Source: an uncultured Candidatus Rokubacteria bacterium
Lineage (GTDB): Bacteria; Methylomirabilota; Methylomirabilia; Rokubacteriales; CSP1-6
Length of the DNA stretch: 64,000 bases
Direction: 5' to 3'
Assembly (NCBI GenBank): GCA_963762145.1
Contig: CAVXJS010000013.1
Location: 1-64,000 of the forward strand
How positions within the stretch are numbered: the stretch's first letter is position 1; every line of letters starts with the position of its first letter. Shown in pieces: positions 14,791 through 23,597 of the stretch. The notes beneath the pieces were generated by a model. It saw only the letters and a program-made list of their open reading frames with translations, was not told the origin of the DNA and did not search any database. Position numbers and translations under genes: made by a program.

Positions 14791-16118
14791 TGATCCGCGT
14801 CGCCCTCGCGGTCTTCGCGCTCCTGGTGGGAGCCGGGTCCGTCTCCGCCCAGCCCGCCACGAAGGAGGTCGTGGTGCTGACCTCCTTCCCCAAGGAGCTC
14901 TTCGAGGCCTACAAGCAGGCGTTCGAGCAGAAGACGCCGGGCGTGAAGGTGATCGTGAAGCAGCAGCAGACCAACCAGGGGGTCACCTATCTGCGTGAGA
15001 CGCGGAGCCGGCCGGAGGCCGACATCTTCTGGGTCTCGGCGGTGGACGCCTTCCAGTCTCTCAAGGCCGACGGGCTGCTCGAGAAGATCGCACTGCCGAA
15101 GGAGACGCTGGCGCGGATACCTGCGAAGATCGGCAGCTTCCCGCTCCACGATCCCGACGGCTACTACTGGGGCTTCGCGGTCTCGGGCTACGGGCTCATG
15201 TGGAACACGCGCTACCTGGCGCTCCACAAGCTGCCCGCGCCGCGCGAGTGGACCGACCTGGCCGACGCGCGCTACCAGGGGCACCTCGTGATCTCGGCGC
15301 CGTCGCGCAGCGGGACCACCCATCTCACCGTCGAGGTGATCCTCCAGGCCTACGGGTGGGAGAAGGGCTGGGCCCTGCTGCTGCAGACCGGCGGCAACAT
15401 GGGCTCGATCACCGAGCGCAGCTTCGGCGTGCCGGAGGCGGTCGTGTCGGGTCAGTACGGTATCGGCGTGGTGATCGACTTCTTCGGGCTCTCCGCCATC
15501 GCGTCGGGCCAGCCGATCGACTTCGCGTATCCCTCGCTCACCTCGGTGGTGCCCGCCTCCGTGGCGGTGGTCAAGAACGGGCCGAATCCGGCCAACGCCC
15601 GCGCCTTCGTCGAGTACCTGCTGGGCGACGAGGGGCAGCTCCGGCTCTTCGCACCCGAGATCGGCCGGCTGCCCGTGGTGCCCGGCCTCTACGCGCGCGC
15701 GCCCAAGGGCTATCCCAACCCCTTCACGATGAAGCTGGGCGGGGTGGACTTCGACGACAAGCTGTCCTCGAGCCGCCGCAACGTGGTCAACGCGCTCTTC
15801 GACCAGGTGGTGACCTTCCGCCACGCCGAGCTCAAGGCCGCCTGGGGGGCGATCCACGGCGCCGACGCGCAGGTGGCGAAGGCGCGGGCCGGCGGTCGCA
15901 ACGTGGAGGCCGCCCTCGCCCCGCTCGCGGAGGCCCGCAAGCTCGCGAGCAGCGTCCCGCTCGACGCCCGGCGGGCCTCCGATCGCGAGGTCAACGCCGC
16001 GTTCAAGGACAAGCCCGAGGTGAAGTCGCGAATGGAGACGGAGTGGGACACCGCGGCCAAGGCCGGGTACGCCCGCGCCCGCGAGCTCGCGGAGGGCGCG
16101 GCGGCGAAGATTCGCTAG
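14790..16118 (+). CDS. ABC solute-binding protein (PgtC / Fe3+-binding class)
   Basis: Signal peptide VSA-Q; VVVLTSFP, PSRSGTT, VIDFFG as in PgtC-like proteins. Confidence 0.75.
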   Translation: MIRVALAVFALLVGAGSVSAQPATKEVVVLTSFPKELFEAYKQAFEQKTPGVKVIVKQQQTNQGVTYLRETRSRPEADIFWVSAVDAFQSLKADGLLEKIALPKETLARIPAKIGSFPLHDPDGYYWGFAVSGYGLMWNTRYLALHKLPAPREWTDLADARYQGHLVISAPSRSGTTHLTVEVILQAYGWEKGWALLLQTGGNMGSITERSFGVPEAVVSGQYGIGVVIDFFGLSAIASGQPIDFAYPSLTSVVPASVAVVKNGPNPANARAFVEYLLGDEGQLRLFAPEIGRLPVVPGLYARAPKGYPNPFTMKLGGVDFDDKLSSSRRNVVNALFDQVVTFRHAELKAAWGAIHGADAQVAKARAGGRNVEAALAPLAEARKLASSVPLDARRASDREVNAAFKDKPEVKSRMETEWDTAAKAGYARARELAEGAAAKIR

Positions 16119-16121
16119 CGG

Positions 16122-17717
16122 TCAGCGCGCGGGGGCGGCCGTCTTCGCGCGGATGGCGCGCGCCTGCGCTTCCATCTCGGCTGCCTCCGGCTCGCGGTTG
16201 ATCTGCTTGAGCAGCGCCGCGTACTCTTCGAGGCTCTCCGCGACCTCCGGATGGTCCGGACCCAGCGCCTTGCGCTGCAGCGTGAGCGCCCACTGGTAGA
16301 GCGGCTCGGCCTGCGCGAAGCGGCTCTGCGCGCGGTAGAGCGAGGCGAGATCCACGATGGTCGCGGCCACCTGGGGATGCTCGGGGCCCAGGACCTTCTC
16401 GCCGATGGCCTGGGCGCGCTTGTAGAGCGGCTCGGCCTGCGCGTACTTGCTCTGCAGGCGGTAGAGCGTGCCGAGGCTGCCGAGATCGAGCGCGACCCGC
16501 GGGGACTCGCGGCCGAAGCGCTTCTCGTCGATCGCGAGCGCGCGCTGGTAGCTGGGCTCCGCCTCCGCGTACTTGTTCTGCAGCCGCTGGGCCTCTCCGA
16601 GCGCGCGCAGGCTCCGGGCCAGGTCGGGATGCTCGGGGCCGAGGGCCTTCTCCTGGATGGCGAGGGCCCGGCGGGCCTGGGCCTCGGCCGGCGTCGGGTT
16701 CCGGCGCAGCACCGCCAGCTCGGCCAGGCCGGCCAGCGTGGCCCCGACGTCCGGATGCTCGGGGCCGAGGGCCTTCTCGCGGACGGCGAGCGCGCGCCGG
16801 CCGAGCGTTTCGGCGTCCGCGTAGCGCCCGCGGGTGCGGGCCACACCGGCCAGCAGATCGAGCGCGCCGGCCACCTCGGGGTGGTCGGGGCCGAGCGTCT
16901 TCTCGGCGACCGCGAGGGCGCGGCGGCCCAGCGACTCCGCCTGCGCGAAGCGCCCCTGCTCGGCGTGCAGCTCGCCGAGCGTCACGAGCGGGCCGACCAC
17001 CTCGGGATGCTCGGGGCCGAGGGCCTTCTCGCGGATCGTGAGGGCGCGCTGGGCGAGCTGCTCGGCCTCCACGTAGCGGCTCTGGATCCGGTAGAGCGCG
17101 GCGAGGGTCGTGAGGCTCGCCGCCACGTCCACGTGGTCGGGCCCGAGCACCTTCTCGCGGATGGCGAGCGCGCGACGGCTGCGCTGCTCGGCGTCGCCGT
17201 AGCGGCCCTGCAGACGCTCGATCGTGGCGAGCGCGTCGAGCGTGCCCGCGACCTCGGGATGCTCGGGGCCCAGCACGCGCTCGTCGATGGCGAGCGCCCG
17301 GAGCACCATCGGCTCGGCCGGCGCGTAGCGACCCTGGGCGGTGTCGAGGGCGCCGAGCGCGGTGAGGGTGGCCGCCACTTCCGGATGGTTGGCGCCGAGC
17401 GCGCTCTCCGCGATGATGAGGGCGCGGCGGAGGAGCGGCTCGGCCGGCGCGTACTTGCCCTCGGCCTGGTAGGCCGCCGCGAGCAGGACCAGGCTCAGCG
17501 CGACGCGCGGGTCCTGCGGGCCGAGGCGTTCCGCGCGCTCGAGAGCGGACGCGAAGAAGCGCTCGGCCTCGGCGTAGCGGCCTTGCTGGTAGGCGCGGTC
17601 GCCCGCGGCCATCGGCGTCTCCCAGCTCTGGCTCTCGGCGACGGGCTGAGCGACGGCCGGCGCCGCGCCCAGGGCCAGCGCGAGCGCGGCGAGCAGGGTG
17701 AGACCGCGCCGGTTAAT
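16122..17717 (-). CDS. Exported tandem TPR protein (about 11 kinesin-light-chain-type 42-aa repeats); start probably ATT 17717, first ATG at 17612
   Basis: Repeats ..AE(P/S)L..RALAI.EK.LGP(E/D)HP.VA..L; in-frame signal peptide NRRGLTLLAALALALGAAPAVA-Q upstream of the ATG. Confidence 0.85.
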   Translation of the reverse strand: MNRRGLTLLAALALALGAAPAVAQPVAESQSWETPMAAGDRAYQQGRYAEAERFFASALERAERLGPQDPRVALSLVLLAAAYQAEGKYAPAEPLLRRALIIAESALGANHPEVAATLTALGALDTAQGRYAPAEPMVLRALAIDERVLGPEHPEVAGTLDALATIERLQGRYGDAEQRSRRALAIREKVLGPDHVDVAASLTTLAALYRIQSRYVEAEQLAQRALTIREKALGPEHPEVVGPLVTLGELHAEQGRFAQAESLGRRALAVAEKTLGPDHPEVAGALDLLAGVARTRGRYADAETLGRRALAVREKALGPEHPDVGATLAGLAELAVLRRNPTPAEAQARRALAIQEKALGPEHPDLARSLRALGEAQRLQNKYAEAEPSYQRALAIDEKRFGRESPRVALDLGSLGTLYRLQSKYAQAEPLYKRAQAIGEKVLGPEHPQVAATIVDLASLYRAQSRFAQAEPLYQWALTLQRKALGPDHPEVAESLEEYAALLKQINREPEAAEMEAQARAIRAKTAAPAR

Positions 17718-20472
17718 TGCGCTTCCCGGTGCGGGTGAGCGGCAGCACGCCTTCCAGCTCGCCCTTCAGCATCGGGTGCTGGTTGCCGCCCACCTGGCGC
17801 GACTTGCGGCTCACTTCCTGGGCCAGGTACTCGTAGAGCTCCTGGAGCGACACGATCCCGTCGCGGTTGTTGTCCGCGTAGCCCTGCAGGCCCCGCACCA
17901 GATAGTAGGTGAAGATGCCGTGGCCGAGCTCGGCCAGCTCGATGGACAGCTCGGAGGGGCGCGAGGCGGTCACGATCGCGCGGCCCTTGGAGCGCGTGAG
18001 CCGGTCGAGGAAGATGTCGTCCACGTTGACGGTGCGCGTCTTGGTGGAGGCGAAGGTGCGCCCGCCCGCCGCCCCGCTATAGCAGGCGTCGAGGAAAACG
18101 GTGATCCGCTCCGCCTCGATCCGGGCGAGCACGTTCTGCATCTCGTCCATCGGCAGCGCGGTCGAGTAGAGATCGTCGGGGTCCGCGTCCGCCGGCACCA
18201 GGTACTTGGAGAGCCCGTCCCGCTCGATGCCGCGCTGGTCCACCTCGGAAGCGCCGTGGCCCGCGAAGTAGATCATCACCAGGTCGTCCTTGTGGGCCGA
18301 GCGGGCGAGGAAGGTGCCGAGCGCCCACTTGATGTTGCGCAGGGTGGGCTTGCGCTCGGTCTTGTCGGTGAGCAGGAGGATGTTCTCCTTCTTGAAGCCG
18401 GCGCTGACGAGCGTCTGGTAGATCGCGTCGGCGTCGGCCACCGAGTAGCGCAGGCGCGGCACCGCCGAGCTCTCGTAGCCGCCGACCCCGATGATGACCG
18501 CCCACTGGGTGGAGGGCGGCGCGGCGGGCGGAGCCGGGGCAGGGGCCGCGAGCGGGACGACGGGCTTGACCCGCTCCAGGATCACCGTGCGTACCTCCTG
18601 CCGAGCCGCGCCGTCGGGCTCGCGCGCGGTGATCACGATGGCGTTCGCGCCCTCGCGCAGGGTGAGGGGCGCGCTCACCGCCATCGTCTTCTGCGGGCTC
18701 CGCTCCTCCTGCTGATGCACCTCGGTCCCGTTCAGCGTCACCGTGATCCGGCTGATGCCCTTGCTCGAGCGCGCGACCGCCGCGAGCACGCTGGCCTCGT
18801 CGGTCACCCGGGAGCGGTCCTCCGGGTAGCGCACGTCCACCGCGAGCGGCACCAGCTTCTCGTGATGGATCGTCCGCATCTCCTGGTGCATCGTGCCGTC
18901 GGTCTCGGCCGCGGTGACTACGAGGGTGTTCTGGCCCTCGGCCAGCTTGACCGGGAGATTCACCGCCATGGAGGGCTGCTGGGTGCGGTTGTCCTGGCGC
19001 CAGAGCTCCACGCCGTTGGCGGTGACGAGGACCTGCCGCACGCCGGTGCCGCCGTAGACGACGGCCGCGAACGTCACCGTCTCCTGGTCCACACGCGCCT
19101 GGTTGGTGGGCGTCGAGATCGTGATGCGGAACATGGCGCTCGCGGGCGGCAGGGCCGCGACCACCGGTGGGGCCCCGGGCGCGGGCGGCGCGGGGGCGGC
19201 GGCCACGGCGGGCGGGGGAGTCGGCGCGCGGGGCGGCTCGGCGGCCGGACGGCTCGGCTGAGGCGGTGTGGGCGCGGGCGGCGCGGGGGCCGGAGTCGCC
19301 GGCGCCGGGGCCGGCGGTGGGGTCGCGACGATCGGTGGCGCCGGGGCTGCCGCCGGTGGTGGGGGGGCCGCTGCCGGCGGAGCGGGCGCGGGCGTGGGCA
19401 CGCTGGCCGCCGGCGGGGCGACCACCGGGGGCTTGGCCGGCGCGGCCGGAGCCGGAGGTGTTGGCGCGACGGCGGGCGGCGGGGTCGCGCTCACGGGCGG
19501 CGGCGTGGGCCGCGCGGGCGGCGCCGGCGTGGCCGGCGGCGTGGCCGGGGCGGCGGCCACCGCGGGGCCGGGCTTGTCGTAGAAGAGCACGCGCCCTTCC
19601 TGGCGGCTGACGCCGGTGCCGTCCGTGGCGGTGACGATCAGGGTGTTCCGACCGGGCGCGAGCTTCACGGGCACGCTGACCGGCACGTCCGTGCCGGGCG
19701 TGCCGGGCTCCTGCTGCCGCGCGATCTCGGCGCCGTTGAGCGTGACCCCGATCCGCAGCGGACCGGTGCCCCCCGTCACCTTGCCGGTAAGCGTGATCCG
19801 CTCCGCGGCGACGCGGCCCTCGTCCTTCGGGTCGGCGAGCGTGACCGCGAGCGGAGCCGCCGCGGGCCGGTCGAGGGCGACAGCCTGGAACGCGAGGCCG
19901 CTCAGATCGTTGCCGTCGGCCCGCACGAGCTGCTGGATGGCCGGCGCGTACCAGAACGCGAGCTCCAGCCGTCGCGACTGGGGCGAGGCGGCCAGGAAGC
20001 GCGGCTCGAGCACCTGCACGATGCGGAAGGCCTTGAAGGTGCCGGCGGGCACGCGCACGTCCTGGTAGGCATCGACCTTCCAGGTCAGGCGGACCACGCT
20101 CTGGCCGAACTGCGGGTCCAGGCTCTTGAGCGTGAGCCACGACACGCCGGACTGGCCGACCTCGAGTGGCCACGTGAGGCCGGGCGGCGGCTCGAGCTCG
20201 AGCAGCACCTGGCCGCCGCGAACGATCTTCGCCACGCCCAGGTCCCGGCTGAGGTGGACCTCGCGGCCCCCGTCGGCCGCGAAGACGTAGCGGCCGTTCT
20301 CGATCCGGATGAGGTCGTAGGCGCCGTCGCTGCGGATCCACTTGTCGCCGACCGCGTAGGTGGGGCGCTCGGCCTTCGGGGCCTGGGCCGACGCGGCCAG
20401 GGCTCCGCCCAGCACGAAGAGGCCGGCGAGCGTGCCCGCAACGGTGCCCTTACTGCGTCGTATCCACGTCAT
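17713..20472 (-). CDS. Exported caspase-family (C14) protease: signal peptide, N-terminal domain, three Ig-like repeats, Pro/Ala linker, C-terminal caspase domain
   Basis: WAVIIGVGGY...LRYSVADA, YFAGHG (His), FLDACYSG (Cys), HGIFTYYL; L.EG.NTLIVTA Ig-like repeats; ALAASA-Q signal. Confidence 0.88.
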   Translation of the reverse strand: MTWIRRSKGTVAGTLAGLFVLGGALAASAQAPKAERPTYAVGDKWIRSDGAYDLIRIENGRYVFAADGGREVHLSRDLGVAKIVRGGQVLLELEPPPGLTWPLEVGQSGVSWLTLKSLDPQFGQSVVRLTWKVDAYQDVRVPAGTFKAFRIVQVLEPRFLAASPQSRRLELAFWYAPAIQQLVRADGNDLSGLAFQAVALDRPAAAPLAVTLADPKDEGRVAAERITLTGKVTGGTGPLRIGVTLNGAEIARQQEPGTPGTDVPVSVPVKLAPGRNTLIVTATDGTGVSRQEGRVLFYDKPGPAVAAAPATPPATPAPPARPTPPPVSATPPPAVAPTPPAPAAPAKPPVVAPPAASVPTPAPAPPAAAPPPPAAAPAPPIVATPPPAPAPATPAPAPPAPTPPQPSRPAAEPPRAPTPPPAVAAAPAPPAPGAPPVVAALPPASAMFRITISTPTNQARVDQETVTFAAVVYGGTGVRQVLVTANGVELWRQDNRTQQPSMAVNLPVKLAEGQNTLVVTAAETDGTMHQEMRTIHHEKLVPLAVDVRYPEDRSRVTDEASVLAAVARSSKGISRITVTLNGTEVHQQEERSPQKTMAVSAPLTLREGANAIVITAREPDGAARQEVRTVILERVKPVVPLAAPAPAPPAAPPSTQWAVIIGVGGYESSAVPRLRYSVADADAIYQTLVSAGFKKENILLLTDKTERKPTLRNIKWALGTFLARSAHKDDLVMIYFAGHGASEVDQRGIERDGLSKYLVPADADPDDLYSTALPMDEMQNVLARIEAERITVFLDACYSGAAGGRTFASTKTRTVNVDDIFLDRLTRSKGRAIVTASRPSELSIELAELGHGIFTYYLVRGLQGYADNNRDGIVSLQELYEYLAQEVSRKSRQVGGNQHPMLKGELEGVLPLTRTGKRN

Positions 20473-20506
20473 GGGAATAGCGTTTTCTCCGCCCGACCTG
20501 GCTAAG

Positions 20507-20536
20507 AGACTAAGCCCTTCTCCGGAGGCCTGTCAA
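20507..20536 (-). promoter_or_regulatory. Putative sigma70 promoter for the caspase-TPR pair
   Basis: TTGACA (complement of 20531-20536), 18 nt, TAGTCT (complement of 20507-20512). Confidence 0.5.
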
Positions 20537-20612
20537 CGAACGGCTCTTGACTCGCCGGGGGGTCCTGGACCAAGGTAGAGGGCGTTTTCCCAGCCGACGT
20601 CAGGAGGAGTCC

Positions 20613-21602
20613 ATGCGCGCGATCATTCCGGTTGCTCTCTCGCTCGGCCTCGTGGCCGGCTGTGCGGAAATGCAGCAGGTGAAGGAGACCGACGAGGCGT
20701 CACGCTCGCGCGTCTTCGTCGCCAACGAGAGCTCGAACTCGGTGACCGTCGTGGACGGCGACTCCTTCCAGGTCATCGCCACGGTGGACGCGCGCAACCA
20801 CGCCACCCACGACCTGGCGGTCTCGCGCGACGGCCGCTGGCTCTTCGCCACCAACCTGGCCTCGGGCCGGCTGTCCGCCATCAACACGCGCGCGCTCGAG
20901 ACGGTCGCGTCCATCGCCACCGGCGACCGGGCCCACGTGGTGACGCTCACCAACGACAACCGGCAGGCGTGGGTCGCCAACATCGGCGACAACACGATCT
21001 CGATCGTGGACACCACGACGTTCCGCATCCTGGGCACCATCGCGGTGGGCAAGGGTCCGACCGGCCTCACGTTCTCGCGCGACGGGCGCTTCGCGTACGT
21101 GAGCAACCAGGGCGACAAGACGGTGGAGGTGATCGACACCGCCACGCACCGTGTGCTGAAGGCGATTCCGGTGGGCACCAATCCGCACTTCCTGGTGCTG
21201 GGCCCCGACGGTCGCATCTGGGGCACGAACACGGGCGGCACCGACATCTACGTGATCGATCCGACCACCCAGGACAAGATCGGGTCCATCAACGTGGGGC
21301 CGGCCCCGCAGCAGATCGCGTTCGGGTTCAAGGGCCTCCAGGGTCCGAACGCCTACGTGACCGTCGCGGGCCTCAACCGGGTCGTGGTGGTGAGCGCGGA
21401 TCCGAGCAATCTCCGCATCCTCGAGCAGATCGACGTGGGGCAGCGGCCGAATGGGATCTCCAACAACCGCGAAGGGACGCGGCTCTTCGTGGTGCACGAG
21501 AACTCGAACGACCTGAAGGTCGTCGACACCGGCAGCAGCTCGGTCCTGGCCACGGTGCCGGTCGGTCGCAAGCCGATCCGCGTCGTCTATCACGGAAACT
21601 GA
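20613..21602 (+). CDS. YVTN/YncE beta-propeller lipoprotein
   Basis: Lipobox LVAGC; repeats FVANESSNSVTVVD, AYVSNQGDKTVEVID, IPVG..P; AGGAGG RBS. Confidence 0.88.
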   Translation: MRAIIPVALSLGLVAGCAEMQQVKETDEASRSRVFVANESSNSVTVVDGDSFQVIATVDARNHATHDLAVSRDGRWLFATNLASGRLSAINTRALETVASIATGDRAHVVTLTNDNRQAWVANIGDNTISIVDTTTFRILGTIAVGKGPTGLTFSRDGRFAYVSNQGDKTVEVIDTATHRVLKAIPVGTNPHFLVLGPDGRIWGTNTGGTDIYVIDPTTQDKIGSINVGPAPQQIAFGFKGLQGPNAYVTVAGLNRVVVVSADPSNLRILEQIDVGQRPNGISNNREGTRLFVVHENSNDLKVVDTGSSSVLATVPVGRKPIRVVYHGN

Positions 21603-21609
21603 GGCGGCC

Positions 21610-22248
21610 ATGGGTACGAGGACAGGATGGGCGGGAGGGCTGGTGCTCGCGCTGGCGCTCTGGTCGCTGCTCCCGGGTGGGGGCGCGGAGCCGGCGGCGG
21701 CTCAGGGCGTGCCGGTCGGCACCGCCCAGAACGCGCTGGGAACGCTGGTGGTCGTGCGAACGGACGGCATCGAGCACCGGCTGCAGGGACGCGGATCGCT
21801 GCCGCTCTTCGAGGGTGACGTGCTCCGCACCGAGACGGCCAGCCAGGCGCTGATCCAGCTCCGGCCAAGCATTCCGGTCGCCCTGAACGAGCGCACGTCG
21901 CTGAAGATCCTCTCGCGCTGGGACAAGACGGGCGGGACGACGCGCATCCTCCGGGTGAGCCGAGGCGGCATCTGGGCCAAGGTGGGGGCCGGCGCGAACC
22001 AGCTCGAGATCGAGAGCCCCGCCGCCGTCGTCGCGGCCCGCGACGCCGAGATCGATCTGAAGGTGGCCGAGGACGGCCAGAGCTCGCTCACCGTGGTGGC
22101 GGGCACCGCGGAGCTGGGCACGCCCTTCGGGGTCTGCTCGGTGCGCGGCGGCACCGCCAGCGTGGGCGCGCGCGGCGCCGCGTGCACGGCCCCGCAGCCG
22201 GCGAACGTGGCGGGGGCGGTGTCGTGGAAGCAGGCGGTGTCGCAGTAG
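21610..22248 (+). CDS. Exported FecR-domain protein
   Basis: Signal peptide; LFEGDVLRT, IESPAAVVAAR, LTVVAGTAEL. Confidence 0.8.
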   Translation: MGTRTGWAGGLVLALALWSLLPGGGAEPAAAQGVPVGTAQNALGTLVVVRTDGIEHRLQGRGSLPLFEGDVLRTETASQALIQLRPSIPVALNERTSLKILSRWDKTGGTTRILRVSRGGIWAKVGAGANQLEIESPAAVVAARDAEIDLKVAEDGQSSLTVVAGTAELGTPFGVCSVRGGTASVGARGAACTAPQPANVAGAVSWKQAVSQ

Positions 22249-22261
22249 CCTCAGCCGGAGA

Positions 22262-22453
22262 TCAGCCGAAGATCAGATAGAGCGCCACGCCGAGGCAGCC
22301 CAGCCAGACCAGGATACCGACCAGGGCACCGGTTTCTCCCTTGACGGTCTTGTCGCGGGAGCGCCGGCGGGACACGCGGAGACTGGTGAGCAGGATCAGC
22401 GCGATTCCCGCGAGCAGGATGAGCGAATCGACCAGCGCAACCGAGCCTTCCAT
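22262..22453 (-). CDS. Small two-TM membrane protein
   Basis: Two hydrophobic segments with a basic loop; GAGG RBS. Confidence 0.6.
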   Translation of the reverse strand: MEGSVALVDSLILLAGIALILLTSLRVSRRRSRDKTVKGETGALVGILVWLGCLGVALYLIFG

Positions 22454-22468
22454 CCGTACTGCCTCTTG

Positions 22469-22912
22469 CTAGCGGGCGGGGGGAATGCGGATGTCCCGGA
22501 TCGCCTCGATGCGCGCGCGCCGCTCCAGCTCGTCGGCGTCGAAGGCGGTCTCTTGCTGATCGGCGGACCGGACCACGTAGGCCGGCCCGATGGATCCGTC
22601 GGGGAACTTGTGCTGCTTCTCGATCCGCGCCACGACACCCAGCGAGCTGCCATCCGCCATGCGGCTCAGGGTATCGCCGGGTCGGAAGAAGAACGTCCAC
22701 TCGGCCTGGCCGCGCGAGCGGGAGACCACCGGCGCCGGCGACTCGGACGTCGGGGCGGCGGGGGCAGGGGCGACCTCGGCCGGCGGTGTCTCGGCCACCG
22801 GCCGTGGAGCTTCGCGCCGACCGGATACGAGGGTGACGAGCGTGATCGCCACCAGCAGCCCGAGAAGGGCGCCGCCCAGGACCTTGAGGCGAAACGTAGC
22901 GGTGGCGGTCAT
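22469..22912 (-). CDS. Hypothetical membrane-anchored protein
   Basis: N-terminal TM, Pro-rich linker, small C-terminal domain. Confidence 0.6.
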   Translation of the reverse strand: MTATATFRLKVLGGALLGLLVAITLVTLVSGRREAPRPVAETPPAEVAPAPAAPTSESPAPVVSRSRGQAEWTFFFRPGDTLSRMADGSSLGVVARIEKQHKFPDGSIGPAYVVRSADQQETAFDADELERRARIEAIRDIRIPPAR

Positions 22913-23083
22913 GACGCCAGCGGAAGGAGCAAGAACAGGGCCAGTCTTCCGCCCAATAATTGCGCGAGCTTAGCGTGCATGTGCTGCGCTGTGTGACCAA
23001 GTCTCGGCACCCCACCTGACAAGCTCCGGATGCCCCGGGTCCTCGGGAACCCCAAACTGGCTGATTTGGCGCGGCGTCCGGGA

Positions 23084-23099
23084 TGGCTTGGGTCTTGCT
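23084..23099 (+). promoter_or_regulatory. Putative sigma54 -24/-12 promoter
   Basis: TGGCTTGGGTCTTGCT; GG (23085-23086) and GC (23097-23098) at canonical spacing. Confidence 0.45.
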
Positions 23100-23159
23100 A
23101 CTTTACCGCGGCGGACGACCAAGGCGCGGCAGGAACGAGACCCAGGAGGCCCGAGTGCG

Positions 23160-23240
23160 ATGCTGCTGACGACGCTGATCACGGTGGGGTTCATCGGAGT
23201 GAGCTCGGTCATACTCTGGCTTTCGATCGGCGCCGACTAG
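23160..23240 (+). CDS. 26-aa single-TM small protein MLLTTLITVGFIGVSSVILWLSIGAD (not in the ORF track)
   Basis: AGGAGG RBS at 23144-23149; almost wholly hydrophobic. Confidence 0.55.
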   Translation: MLLTTLITVGFIGVSSVILWLSIGAD

Positions 23241-23266
23241 AGGCGATCAGGAGGAGGATGGCGGCC

Positions 23267-23503
23267 ATGGACACGCCCGTATCCGAGCAGGGCAGCTCGC
23301 TCGAGACGCTGATGAAGCGCGGAGCGCTGGTTTGCGTCGTGGCAGCAGGTGGCGTCGCCGTGGGGCTCGCCATCTGGGCGCTGCGGCGCTGGCAGGACGA
23401 GCGCGAGTACCAGGCCTGGCGCGAGTCGGTCAGCGCGGACCCGTATCGGCGCGACCGCAACGGCTTCCCGGTCGGCGCCCAGCTCGGCTACTCGCGCCGG
23501 TAG
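23267..23503 (+). CDS. Small single-TM hypothetical protein
   Basis: AGGAGGAGG RBS; TM segment ALVCVVAAGGVAVGLAIWAL. Confidence 0.65.
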   Translation: MDTPVSEQGSSLETLMKRGALVCVVAAGGVAVGLAIWALRRWQDEREYQAWRESVSADPYRRDRNGFPVGAQLGYSRR

Positions 23504-23562
23504 CTCCGCCGCGCGTCCTCGTCGTTCCCACCGGCGCTCACGCCAGGTGAGCGCCTCCCCGC

Positions 23563-23571
23563 TGCTATACT
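23563..23571 (+). promoter_or_regulatory. Extended -10 promoter element upstream of the rsbW/STAS-pel operon
   Basis: TGcTATACT 26 nt before ATG 23598. Confidence 0.45.
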
Positions 23572-23597
23572 GAATCGCGCGATGTGGTCTTCAGAGC

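Noticed and set aside
19170-19565. Low-complexity GC-rich repeat or Gly/Ala-rich ORF on the + strand
   Set aside because: It is the Pro/Ala linker of the caspase encoded on the - strand.
22913-23597. c-di-GMP riboswitch upstream of pel
   Set aside because: No GEMM-type motif recognised by eye; an Infernal search would be decisive.
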